A stretch of DNA of 63,653 nt, the filler included, from Octopus bimaculoides (taxonomy: Eukaryota): the NCBI RefSeq assembly GCF_001194135.2. It is 8 parts of 8 records of this genome, joined end to end, with 100 filler letters (N's around TTAATTAATTAA, not from the genome) between each part and the next. Parts side by side here need not be neighbours in the genome. Positions count along the whole stretch, not along the records: positions 1 to 11,823 come from NC_068983.1; positions 11,924 to 25,214 come from NC_068993.1; 6 more parts are not named here. The stretch is one strand, 5' to 3'. Below, in pieces: positions 11,447-23,756 of this stretch. The notes beneath the pieces were generated by a model. It had not been told where the DNA came from. It saw only the letters and a program-made list of their open reading frames with translations, and searched no databases. Numbering within the stretch: position 1 is the stretch's first letter; every line of letters starts with the position of its first letter. A program made the translations under genes and the position numbers.

Positions 11447-11820
11447 TATAACGGAACGCTGAACTCCAGACTATCAACTTAAACAACATTTATTCAGGTG
11501 GTAAATATACACATCTTTAGCTCTTGTTTGTTGTTACAGCTTCTGTGTGTGTGAGCATAGTTGTTGGGACGTTGTTATGTAGATGTAAGCGAGCTGTCGA
11601 GCGTAAGTCCGAAAGATGGAGAGTGACAGCTAAACACGTCCATGCTCTATTGCTGGCCAGCAAGAAAGAGACTGTCTCCAGGTTGGAATGTTGGAGACAC
11701 TGCTTGACACGTCCATGCTCATGGCCGGCCGACCGAGAAAGAGATAGAATAGAAGCGGGAACGCTTGGTTGTTTAATTCCACGCATGCGTGAGACTACGC
11801 ATGCGCACAGCGTTACTACA
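11447..11820 (-). mobile_element. Probable solo LTR
   Basis: Minus strand begins TGTAGTAACG, has AATAAA about 45 bp from the end and ends GTTATA (decayed GTTACA). Internal 14-bp direct repeats at 11634-11647 and 11707-11720. TSD cannot be checked because of the gap. Confidence 0.5.
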
Positions 11821-11823
11821 AGG

Positions 11824-11923
11824 NNNNNNNNNNNNNNNNNNNNNNNNNNNNNNNNNNNNNNNNNNNNTTAATTAATTAANNNNNNNNNNNNNNNNNNNNN
11901 NNNNNNNNNNNNNNNNNNNNNNN
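11824..11923. other. Assembly gap linker N44-TTAATTAATTAA-N44 (artificial); same 12-mer at 25259, 43266, 50599, 56549, 60558 and 61760
   Basis: Identical six-frame-stop 12-mer centred in 100-bp N blocks, seven times. Confidence 0.95.
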
Positions 11924-11959
<36 letters not shown>

Positions 11960-12638
11960 CTCATACTTCATTACGTTTGATATCTATTTGGAGAAGATTT
12001 AAAAAAAAGGTTCTTTTATTTTCATTATCTTGAATTTGTCTGATACTAAGTGAAGCAGAAATATTGGGTCCCTCTTATTCATACCTTGCTGCGGGTCCGT
12101 ATATTTTTGATATCACCTCCGCCCTCGCACCATTCCTCTTCACTCTCTCCTCATTGATTCTCCTGTGGCAAATGAAAGCAATCCACATCGCTGTCGTCGT
12201 CATCGTCGTCGTCATGATGATGATGATGATGATGATCATCATCATCATCATCATCGTCATCATCATCATCATAGTAGTAGACGTTATTATTTATCGTTTT
12301 TTGTGGTGATTATTATTATCATTATTATTTTGATATACACACAACAGATTAGACTGTTGGAAAAGAAGAACATTTCTAACATCGAGCTACAACAAGGAAT
12401 CTTAGATGCCAAGAACCCACCTAAGTATCCTAGCTGTCCCTAACAACACTATTTTCTGGAGCTGTACTAAACTGGGTTTTATGCCTATTTCCTCTCTCCA
12501 TCTGTTCAGATCTTTAGCGAGACTTCCTAATGCACTTATAACTACTGGGATACATTTTACCCGCACTTTCCATAGTCTCTGTTATTCAATGGCTAGGTCC
12601 TCGTACTTTGCTATTTTTCTATACTTGCCCAAGTATAA

Positions 12639-12731
12639 AAGACACTTGCCCAAGGTGCCACGCATTGGGACTGAACCCAGAACCATGTGTTTAGTAAGCA
12701 AGTTACTTACCACACAGCCACTCCTGCGCCT
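12639..12731 (-). mobile_element. SINE family A head
   Basis: Reverse complement ggcgcaggagtggctgtgtggtaagta..gggttcagtccc..ggcaccttgggcaagtgtc with A/B-box-like motifs. Confidence 0.8.
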
Positions 12732-14529
12732 ACATATATGTATACACACACACACACACACACAATATATATATATCGTGGTTGTTAGTTCAGATTAGTG
12801 CTGATCAAATAGATCTGTGATAAAAAGCATCCAGCTGTGACTATCACGTGACCATATATATATATACGAAGGCCTGCACTATCCACTAATTATTTTCTAA
12901 ATACAAAACAGGTGAGTGATTTTCGCATAGTTTCGCTGCTACATCTGGCTCGTTGATTAATCGTTTTGAGATTTCTTTGGGTGATCTACAGCACCAAATT
13001 AGCTCTCGTCGAGCAGGACTATGATAAATGGCTTCCCTGTCTTGACTGTCCCTTTTTGTTTTTTTTTGGTATATAAATACCTCTTCCTCGAGTAAGTCCT
13101 TCTTTTGTAACTGATGGATGTATTACATTAGGGAAATTTGGTTTCTATTTCTTACCACCTCAAATACCTCATAAATTCTCTTTCGTTGGGTCGCGCTTTT
13201 TATATTTTATTGGAATGATTATATCTCGATTTATTTAGAAAGATATTTAGGAATACATAAGTGAAGCGATAACATTCCGGTTGCTTTCTTTTATTATTCG
13301 CTTCATTTCACAGATTTATGCCCCCCCCCCCNNNNNNNNNNNNNNNNNNNNNNNNNNNNNNNNNNNNNNNNNNNNNNNNNNNNNNNNNNNNNNNNNNNNN
13401 NNNNNNNNNNNNNNNNNNNNNNNNNNNNNNNNNNNNNNNNNNNNNNNNNNNNNNNNNNNNNNTTCACCGTCTCTTTAATTTCTCACGCTTTCTCTCTTAA
13501 AACTTTGACAAAACTAAACATTTTGAATGAAGAGACAAAATTATCTATTTAATGCGGAGAAATTGAAACTTATCAACGAAATTGGGAGACAATATAGTTT
13601 GAAGAATGTAATGAATAATTATGATAACAAAAGTGAGAGAAACAATGTTATCAATATTGTATATTGTATACCGTTGTTGAATAATATAGTGATCGTTTCT
13701 GTACATGAGTAGCTATGTGTGTTTGAGTATGTTTGTGTGTGTACTTGTGTGTGTGTGTGTTTGTGAGAGTGCGTGCGTGCTTGTATGTATAAGGTTACGT
13801 ATGTATGTAAGCGTATAGCAACGAGTCGTTTCACGAGTTAAGTGTTGCAACTGATTCCATTGGTTGACGAGAGTGAAAGAAATGCGTTAATAAATAAATA
13901 AATAAATAATTACATATATAAATAAATAAACGGTTTCAAACATTCTCCTGGAGAGACAAGTTCACGTTGGCAAGCACTTTTTAAAAAATATTTGATCTCC
14001 AAACGGAAATTCATTTTAGCCAAGGTTCACGATCAGGTTTATAAGCATTACCGAAAGAATGGATCCATTGGAATCTAGACCTGAAATATTCGGCAGCAGT
14101 GCCTAAAGTATACGTTGCTTTAGAAGTCTGTTATCGTCTAACAATTGGGATTAGCTGCTCGAATCAGTTTGGATCATCTGTTCTTTTGTTCTTCGGATAA
14201 TAATGTCCAAGAAACATTACACAGTAGTTTCGGAATGTCCCAGGCTGAAAGCTGTGACATCTGCAAAGATTCTAAAACGGTCAGTAGGAGTGGTCACTGT
14301 TTATATAACACATGTCATTACAAATCATCTCTGACGGAAGTGCTGCAAGGAACTATCAATACTTTGTCAATCGGATAATTCGCCTATCCACATTATCATT
14401 ATTTCGGGTGCTAGTGGAAGGAATGACCGATGGCGTGTAAGTATTGAAAAGTCTTCACTCAGCCTCTTTCTTCCGGTCATTTCTTCGCCTTAAGCCATTA
14501 ACTCATACACATTTCCCCCCCCTCTCCGT

Positions 14530-14665
14530 TTATTGTTTTGTTCTCTTTCCATTTTATTCAGCTTAATAATCTCTGTCGAAGAGCGTAAGCTCGAAACATC
14601 AAAGACACTTCCATTCTTCCCGAGTTTCAGACTAATACGCTTACGTATTGTTTCCGCTCTGTGTT
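14530..14665 (+). mobile_element. Family E terminal repeat (Penelope-like), copy 1
   Basis: gaagagcgtaagctcgaaac..ccattcttcccgag..actaatac shared with 19695-19800 and 43405-43520. Confidence 0.55.
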
Positions 14666-15240
14666 TATCATTTTTGTATCTGAATTTGAACGGTATTATA
14701 AAGATTAGCTTAGGAATAATTTCGGTATGATGCTCAAAATAGATCCTTTGCAAAACTTACAGAAATCACTGGCTTGACAATATTATAAGGAAAATTGCAA
14801 GTACTGTTTATGCTAGTCAAGCATTATATTCAAGATATCGGATACTTCCGAAAGATACAACATGAATGACTAAATTTCCTTAATCATGTGTTCAATGCCT
14901 GAGCAGTGCCGCTGATATTTGTCAATCTATTGAAGTCAGGGAAAGGAAACTTTTTTACGAGTCACTAATAAAGGTTTTAACTTTTCTGCCAATGAGGGGA
15001 ATGCTGTTTTCCTATGCCAGGGAGTATTCAAGACAGTTCTGCATCTCTTTGCCAACTCCCTCTAGTGTCCTCATGACTATCCTTCTTTCCTTTTCACCTC
15101 TCTTTCCTCGATGCATTCTCCTCCTTCATCTCCCTTCTCTCTTCACCACATTTTCCTCTACATCCCCTTCCTTCTCCTCCTTCTCTCCCTCCTCCTCCTC
15201 ATCGTCATTATCTTCATCATTGTTTCATAGGCATTGCTGT

Positions 15241-15339
15241 AGCACTAGTAATGTAGATAATAGTAAATAGAAGTGCTAAGTAACAACAGAAGCAGCAGTA
15301 GTAGTAGTAGTAGTAGTAGTAGCAGCAGCAGCAAGAGCT

Positions 15340-15385
<46 letters not shown>

Positions 15386-15402
15386 CAGCAGCAGCAACAG
15401 CT

Positions 15403-15438
<36 letters not shown>

Positions 15439-15503
15439 CTAGTAGTCGTAGTAGTAGTAGTAGCTGTAGCAGCAGCAATAGCTGCAGCAGTATAATGATA
15501 TTG

Positions 15504-15534
<31 letters not shown>

Positions 15535-15560
15535 TAGTAGTAGTAGTAGTAGTAGTAGTA
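15241..15560. repeat. Compound (AGT/AGC)n trinucleotide array
   Basis: Direct read; the source of the poly-S/L/T/V ORFs. Confidence 0.95.
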
Positions 15561-15855
15561 CTTATAAACAACAAGAAAAAACAGCAATTCTTTACTTAAT
15601 ATATGATTCTTGTTATTGTTTTTGTTCTTGATCTTGTTCTTCTTCATCTTCTGCCTCACCCTCCTTTTCCTCCTCTTCCTTCTTCTCTTCTCTTCTCCCA
15701 ATCCTACAGATGAAAACCATTCCGCCTCGACTTTTCCATTCAGTATTTCATTAAGACCTCCCGTCGTTTATTTTCGTACAGTGTTCGTAACGCCGTCTCG
15801 TCAACCATTCAATAACATCGCAACTCTCCTACGTATGCCATGCATATAGATGCAA

Positions 15856-15922
<67 letters not shown>

Positions 15923-17527
15923 TGAGTGTGTGTATGAGTGTATAAATATGTACATACCTATAAATACAGGCACACACNNNNNNNNNNNNNNNNNNNNNNN
16001 NNNNNNNNNNNNNNNNNNNNNNNNNNNNNNNNNNNNNNNNNNNNNNNNNNNNNNNNNNNNNNNNNNNNNNNNNNNNNNNNNNNNNNNNNNNNNNNNNNNN
16101 NNNNNNNNNNNNNNNNNNNNNNNNNNNNNNNNNNNNNNNNNNNNNNNNNNNNNNNNNNNNNNNNNNNNNNNNNNNNNNNNNNNNNNNNNNNNNNNNNNNN
16201 NNNNNNNNNNNNNNNNNNNNNNNNNNNNNNNNNNNNNNNNNNNNNNNNNNNNNNNNNNNNNNNNNNNNNNNNNNNNNNNNNNNNNNNNNNNNNNNNNNNN
16301 NNNNNNNNNNNNNNNNNNNNNNNNNNNNNNNNNNNNNNNNNNNNNNNNNNNNNNNNNNNNNNNNNNNNNNNNNNNNNNNNNNNNNNNNNNNNNNNNNNNN
16401 NNNNNNNNNNNNNNNNNNNNTATATATATATACATACATATATATATGTATATATATTTATACATATATATATGTATATATATTTATACATATATGTATA
16501 AATATATGTATGTATGTATGTTTGTATGTATGTACAGATGCAGTCATTACGTCAGTATGTGATTTAGATTAAGAGATCTGTGAGTAATGTTTATTACTTT
16601 CATTGTTTCCTCATCTTTAAGTGCTTTCCAGATCACGCAAATGCATTGTTTAGGATGTTACAACTATTTCATAAATTGGGGAGCAACAAGTGCATTCGTA
16701 CCTAGTTTTTTTGTTTTTCTGCTTAATCTCCATTTTAGATTTTTTTTGTGTGTGTGCATGTGTGTTATTTTCATTATTTGTTGTTGATATTTTTCCCTTC
16801 TTTTCCATAAATGTAAAACAAAATTCTTCTTCTGCCATCTCGTTTCCTAATATTTTCCTCGTCATCTCACAGCATGCTGTGTTATATCAAGTATATCTAA
16901 TACTCTGCTGGCTTATGTGCGTGTATGTGCGAATGTGTACGATATCACACTCGTTCTTTAATTTTCGATATCTACGTCGACAAACGATTTATTATTACTT
17001 CTTCATAATGCAATCATTGCTGCGGTTTGTTGTCTTTATGTTGTGTTGACGATATTTCTTGTTGCTGGTTGTTATTGTTCGTGTTCTTGTAATTCTCTTC
17101 CGCCTCCTCTTCGATGCCGTCGTTATCGCTGTTACGATGTTGTTTGTTTGATTGCTATTCTCTTCTTCACCAAAATTCTCCTTGGTTTATTATCGATGTC
17201 ATGTTCATATTTAATAATTTGATTATTATTTCTAAGAAATTACATTTCGCATTTTAGAAATCAAATGCAAAAATGAATGCTGTCTTTGTCTCTTATTTTG
17301 TTTTATTTTGTTAATGTACTCAGAATACACGTGTGTTAGAAGTATGTAGAGTCTCTTATAATTATTATTAAACCGGATTACTTCATCATGTATAGAGGTT
17401 TCGTGCGGAAGACATTGAACAAGAACACGAAACGCAACATTTTAACTTCCCTATCACTCACGTTATACCTCTTGCTTTCCCTTTCTCTCTAAGTATATCA
17501 ATACATGCATTCACTTAACTGGTACTA

Positions 17528-17595
17528 AGGCAGTTACAATGAAGAGGCAGTTACAGCGATGAGGCAGTCACAACGATAAGGCAGTTACAACGATC
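17528..17595. repeat. 4 x 17-bp minisatellite (AGGCAGTTACAACGATN)
   Basis: Units start at 17528, 17545, 17562 and 17579. Confidence 0.9.
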
Positions 17596-17880
17596 TCGTC
17601 AACGGAACATCCACCTCAGGAAATTCACGTGCAAAGTGGCTGAGAACTCCACAGACACGCGTATTCTTAACGTAAGTCTCAGGGTGATTTAAAGTGAAAC
17701 AAAATGTAACAAGGCTAGCCTTTTGGAATACTTGTACTTCTCAATTTTTGCCAGCTGAGTGGACTAGAGCAATGTGAAATAAAGTCCTTTGCTTAAGCAC
17801 ACAAAGTGCCGTCGGGAATCGAACTCAAGACCTTACGAGCGTGAGTCGAATATTCTAACCACCAAGCCACGAGCCTTCAC
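17596..17880 (-). mobile_element. tRNA-derived SINE (family B-type head, long body)
   Basis: Reverse complement begins gtgaaggctcgtggcttggtggttagaa..gagttcgattcc..actttatttcacattgctc..tccactcagctgg. Confidence 0.75.
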
Positions 17881-18204
17881 TGCATACATACAAGCACGCT
17901 CACTGCTCCATTTATCGATATCAGTTTTTATCATTCCCACATTCTATCGATTCTTGCCTCTACTAATTCTACTCTATATGATTCCTTTTGCTATCGATTC
18001 TCTCACCCACAAATCTGCCCCTTTACTAATTCGGTCATCTATTATTCCCTCTCCTCCCCCTCCCCCTCCATCCATCCATCCATTCACCCACTCATTCTGC
18101 TCTCTACATCTGCTCTTTAGAATTTAATTATTTCTAATATAAGGATAAATTTCATGGCGTATATATTCCCCACGTGGACGGGAGGCCGGTTCGTCGCAGG
18201 ATTA

Positions 18205-18337
18205 CTCATTCTTACCAGCTGAGTGGACTGGAGTAACGTGTTTTGCTCAATAACACGAACCATCGCTTGGTCCAGGAATCGAAATCACTATCTTACTTTC
18301 ATGAGTCTAATATCCCAACCACTAAACCACACGACTC
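18205..18337 (-). mobile_element. SINE family B head, decayed
   Basis: gtggtttagtggtt..ttcgattcctggacc..gttattgagcaaaacac..tccagtccactcagctgg. Confidence 0.65.
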
Positions 18338-18340
18338 CCT

Positions 18341-18537
18341 CATGTAGTTCTCAACCTTTTTAATAACCAGGCCATATCCAAATTGTGGACTCTTTTAGGA
18401 GGCCACATCAAAAATGTAAAACAAGAGTCAATTAAAGAAACAATTATTATATATATAGAGGAAAGACTGTCGGGGCACGCCGGAGGGATACCTGAAGGCC
18501 GAATCCGGTCCTGAGAGCCGAATTTCACAAACGCTGA
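18341..18537. mobile_element. Decayed hAT-type MITE (tentative)
   Basis: Starts ..gttctcaaccttttt and ends ..ggccgaatccggtcc..gccgaatttcacaaacgctg, resembling small hAT MITEs. No TSD recognisable. Confidence 0.35.
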
Positions 18538-19454
18538 TCTAAAGTGAACTGGTTCCTCTCGAAATAATTCTTATCTGCATCACCAATGTCGAAGGTTTTC
18601 TTTTGAGTATACAATATAATGTCCACTGTAGCTTTGATGAATAGCAATCATAAGAAATATTTTCTTTAAGAAGTAAGAAATCAATACATTTAAAAAAAAC
18701 CCCGCATAAAGCAAGAAGTGACACTGTTGTACATAAATAGATAAGTAATATTGGTAAATAAATACGGATGAAACTGATGCATGTTGTATAAAAACGCATC
18801 TCACTCAATAACAAAAGAGTAACACTCTCTTCCTAACCCCACACTCAAAACAAAGAAACAACCGAGAATATGCAAAACAGACAGAATGGAATGTAATATA
18901 TGAGTCAGAGTCAGGTTATATAATTGGCTAGATAAATCGTCATATAAATTGCTAAACAGCTCACTGGTATAATTAGAAATCGTTACGGAGAATCAGATTA
19001 GGAAATTTAATTAGAAACTAAAAGAAAAATTGAGTAAGGAAATGAATGTTAGAAAGAAACCAGAGAATAAGAAGAAGATTCTGCGATTGTAAAGTATAGG
19101 TGTCCTGATAAAATAAATCAGGCTAAGTGAACAGTTGTAAAGTTTGATGTCTTACAACAGAAATTAATGCTACAAAAACAGTATAAATTTAATTGAAATA
19201 CATATACGCTAGAGGAAGCTTACCGTCTCGGAGCATTTTTGCTTCGCTCTATGCATCTATACTCACACACACACTCACGCACACGCACACACATACCACA
19301 CAGACACACGTAACACGTAATCCGTAGAAGTTTCAAAGTTTCAAAGTTGTTGAAGGGACGAAGATGCTGTTTCTATTACTTAAAAATGAAAACCTCATCA
19401 TTTGAGTACATATAATATATATTAGATAAGAAATCGAAAGGTTCACATCTGGTA

Positions 19455-19810
19455 GCTTACTGGTAAAGCACTGCCACTTTCTCAGTGTTCCTTATGTATA
19501 TGGTAAAAGAAAAATTATGGAATATACGAAAATTTTTATTAATCACAACAATTGTTTCGACACATCGACCCCTCACGAGTGGGACAATTAGCAACTGGTT
19601 CAGGAGTATCTGCCGGTGCATTTGTGTCTCGCTGACCACTGCACACATTTTTTCTCTCATTGTTTCTGTCCTAGTTTCTTTCTGTGTTCCTTTCTGTAGA
19701 AGAGCGTAGGCTCGAAACGTTAAATACTTTCTCAATTCCAGAGCGTTATACTAATACATCTATTTGTTTTCTACACCACCTTTCTTCGTCTGTTGTTTTT
19801 TTGTGAATCC
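19455..19810 (+). mobile_element. Family E repeat (Penelope-like), longer copy 2
   Basis: Contains gaagagcgtaggctcgaaacgt (19699-19720) and the downstream ctaatac..ttcgtc..tgtgaa tail; inverted cgaaac motif near 19555. Confidence 0.55.
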
Positions 19811-19864
19811 CCCCCCCCCACATATATATGGATATTTGTGCGAGTATGTGTGAGGTTGTGAATC

Positions 19865-20055
19865 TGTGTGCTAAGATCTCGCTACCGGTTTTCAGCTGTT
19901 TACGACACCGTAACTTAGAGGTTTAGTAAAAGAGTTCTTAAAATAATAAATACCAGATTTGCAAATAATAGAAAGTGGGGTCATTCCGTTCGATAAAACC
20001 CTTTCAAGGCAATCATCAATCATGGTTGCAGTCCAATGCCCGAATCAAGTAAAAT
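19865..20055 (+). mobile_element. SINE family A 3' half, decayed
   Basis: cgtaacttagaggtttagtaaaagag..catggttgcagtccaatg..aagtaaaa. Confidence 0.6.
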
Positions 20056-20220
20056 GTTAAGAGAATATATAAGCATATGCGTGTGTGCGTCTGTTCATTT
20101 ATGTGTGTATGTATTACACACACTTATATGTATATATATGTGTGTGTATGTATGTATGTATATATGTATATGTGTGCGTGTATTTATATACAAACATAGA
20201 GAACACCCGCATACACACAC

Positions 20221-20259
<39 letters not shown>

Positions 20260-22464
20260 NNNNNNNNNNNNNNNNNNNNNNNNNNNNNNNNNNNNNNNNN
20301 NNNNNNNNNNNNNNNNNNNNNNNNNNNNNNNNNNNNNNNNNNNNNNNNNNNNNNNNNNNNNNNNNNNNNNNNNNNNNNNNNNNNNNNNNNNNNNNNNNNN
20401 NNNNNNNNNNNNNNNNNNNNNNNNNNNNNNNNNNNNNNNNNNNNNNNNNNNNNNNNNNNNNNNNNNNNNNNNNNNNNNNNNNNNNNNNNNNNNNNNNNNN
20501 NNNNNNNNNNNNNNNNNNNNNNNNNNNNNNNNNNNNNNNNNNNNNNNNNNNNNNNNNNNNNNNNNNNNNNNNNNNNNNNNNNNNNNNNNNNNNNNNNNNN
20601 NNNNNNNNNNNNNNNNNNNNNNNNNNNNNNNNNNNNNNNNNNNNNNNNNNNNNNNNNNNNNNNNNNNNNNNNNNNNNNNNNNNNNNNNNNNNNNNNNNNN
20701 NNNNNNNNNNNNNNNNNNNNNNNNNNNNNNNNNNNNNNNNNNNNNNNNNNNNNNNNNNNNNNNNNNNNNNNNNNNNNNNNNNNNNNNNNNNNNNNNNNNN
20801 NNNNNNNNNNNNNNNNNNNNNNNNNNNNNNNNNNNNNNNNNNNNNNNNNNNNNNNNNNNNNNNNNNNNNNNNNNNNNNNNNNNNNNNNNNNNNNNNNNNN
20901 NNNNNNNNNNNNNNNNNNNNNNNNNNNNNNNNNNNNNNNNNNNNNNNNNNNNNNNNNNNNNNNNNNNNNNNNNNNNNNNNNNNNNNNNNNNNNNNNNNNN
21001 NNNNNNNNNNNNNNNNNNNNNNNNNNNNNNNNNTATGATCACCGAGTGTATTATTTGTCTGGATTGCTTAAATTATCGGAAAACAATTAGTAACGATGGT
21101 AGTTTTCAAAACATAATTCTCGCTTTCTAAATTTTCCATTGCGACGGATGAGAACTTTGATTCGTGCTGCTTTTGTGTTTATCGGTGTCCTGGTACGGAG
21201 TACAAGCAGACTTCATACAAAAAGGAGATGTTGTTGTTCCTGTTGTTTCATTTTTCAGGCTGTTTATCCCATGGCCAGTCTTCGAGTTCAATCAAAGCTT
21301 GAATCGAAGGCATCCTAGACGGTAACTTACTATAGATTTAGTGGTTGACTCAAGCAGAAGCAGGTATTTGTTTCAGTGTTAATTGAAGAATTTACAACCT
21401 CCAATTGGTTAGCAAATTCTATATTCTGAAAAATAGATATGACATTCCTTGAAAGATATCTTCATATTTAAAAAAAAATTCATTTATTCTTCGACATCAT
21501 ATTTCTTCAACAATTGCTCTTTGCCCACTCATCTGCTTCCATCTTCCTACGCAGTATTGCTTCCGGAGAATATGGTAATGCAGACACGAAAATGTTGCAT
21601 GTATTAGCATAAAAAATAGTTAAAATTGCGTTCATGTGCACATAGGGTGGAATTGATAAAAACGTAATGCGCTTGCTAATGGTTTTAGAAATAACCAATT
21701 CTCTATATCCTGTTAATCAATCATATCTCGATTTGTTATGGAATAAATTTTGCTTCTTTGTTGTTGAATATAACTCCTCATAAGTTTGAACAATCTGAAC
21801 GACGAAATTTAGATCCTCATTTGAAGCAGCTGAAGATCCTAACCAAATATTTACGTACTTCTGAGTTGTATTTTCAGCTGATCGAGAAATCACGTAGCAA
21901 CTCCCCCATTGACTCAAACTGGTAGAAACATGCACGTACGCGCGAGCACACACATGCATGTAGGCCCACGCCACGCCCACACATATGCTGAACAAATTTG
22001 TGTCATATTTTCCCATATCGAACTTTGATATAACAAAAGCCTACGACCTTTTACGTTAATAAATTATCATTCTTCCTGAAAATTATCTTTTATACCTACC
22101 ACGGATTGCTAGAGACTTACTAACTTCCTACACCTGGATTCTTGGATCTTATAATTATATATATATATGCATGTATCTATATGTTAAGATGCTGGATAGG
22201 TAGCAATATGGTGTATTTCCAAGGCATTATTCAATCGAAGTGCAAGACACGCAATTCAAGATTACACTTTCTGATGCAAGTCTGAGGAAATGACATTCTA
22301 CTATTTACACCTTCAAATATTACGTAACTTTTCATATGGAACATTCGTGTTATATGATTTTAACAAAAGTATAGTACCGAAATGCGCGTTACGGGTGACG
22401 GAAAAATAAGCTAGATTCAGTCTTTGTCTTCTTATATGCATCTTATATATCACCATCAATTCGT

Positions 22465-22532
22465 TTCAGGTACGTGATGTGATGTTGATAAGCTGTATAA
22501 CTGTCGAAACATCTATGTCCATCGCACTTGAA
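22465..22532 (+). ncRNA. Candidate type I hammerhead ribozyme with U3-A8 core variant
   Basis: Stem I gtgatg/catcgc (22479-84 with 22520-25); core UUGAUAA (22485-91); G22492-C22505 closing stem II; GAAA (22506-09); stem III acat/atgt; GUC cleavage triplet (22517-19). A 7-nt bulge and distal stem ttcaggt/acttgaa extend stem I. Confidence 0.65.
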
Positions 22533-23717
22533 TGGGATTCGGGGTAAGTTATATTGCCTATCTATGACATTCAGATGTTTTAACAATCAGCGCTTGGAAG
22601 GAGGTATCGCAACAGCGCCGATTGCAGCCTAGCGGCAAACAACCTCGTACTGTACACTGAGTATGTGCAGTCGATAATATATACAATACTATCGCTGCTT
22701 CTAATTCATATTTGTTATATATATANNNNNNNNNNNNNNNNNNNNNNNNNNNNNNNNNNNNNNNNNNNNNNNNNNNNNNNNNNNNNNNNNNNNNNNNNNN
22801 NNNNNNNNNNNNNNNNNNNNNNNNNNNNNNNNNNNNNNNNNNNNNNNNNNNNNNNNNNNNNNNNNNNNNNNNNNNNNNNNNNNNNNNNNNNNNNNNNNNN
22901 NNNNNNNNNNNNNNNNNNNNNNNNNNNNNNNNNNNNNNNNNNNNNNNNNNNNNNNNNNNNNNNNNNNNNNNNNNNNNNNNNNNNNNNNNNNNNNNNNNNN
23001 NNNNNNNNNNNNNNNNNNNNNNNNNNNNNNNNNNNNNNNNNNNNNNNNNNNNNNNNNNNNNNNNNNNNNNNNNNNNNNNNNNNNNNNNNNNNNNNNNNNN
23101 NNNNNNNNNNNNNNNNNNNNNNNNNNNNNNNNNNNNNNNNNNNNNNNNNNNNNNNNNNNNNNNNNNNNNNNNNNNNNNNNNNNNNNNNNNNNNNNNNNNN
23201 NNNNNNNNNNNNNNNNNNNNNNNNNNNNNNNNNNNNNNNNNNNNNNNNNNNNNNNNNNNNNNNNNNNNNNNNNNNNNNNNNNNNNNNNNNNNNNNNNNNN
23301 NNNNNNNNNNNNNNNNNNNNNNNNNNNNNNNNNNNNNNNNNNNNNNNNNNNNNNNNNNNNNNNNNNNNNNNNNNNNNNNNNNNNNNNNNNNNNNNNNNNN
23401 NNNNNNNNNNNNNNNNNNNNNNNNNNNNNNNNNNNNNNNNNNNNNNNNNNNNNNNNNNNNNNNNNNNNNNNNNNNNNNNNNNNNNNNNNNNNNNNNNNNN
23501 NNNNNNNNNNNNNNNNNNNNNNNNNNNNNNNNNNNNNNNNNNNNNNNNNNNNNNNNNNNNNNNNNNNNNNNNNNNNNNNNNNNNNNNNNNNNNNNNNNNN
23601 NNNNNNNNNNNNNNNNNNNNNNNNNNNNNNNNNNNNNNNNNNNNNNNNNNNNNNNNNNNNNNNNNNNNNNNNNNNNNNNNNNNNNNNNNNNNNNNNNNNN
23701 NNNNNNNNNNNNNNNNN

Positions 23718-23756
<39 letters not shown>

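Noticed and set aside
21717-21860. EDLNFVVQIVQTYEELY loosely resembling a MADF/SANT helix
   Set aside because: Diagnostic Trp residues are absent and the match is too short without a profile search.
22470-22543. Possible 74-nt plus-strand exon (tttcag..gtaagt); another acceptor-like site near 47332
   Set aside because: No recognisable protein and no partner exons. The first is better explained by the hammerhead; the second has stops in all frames.
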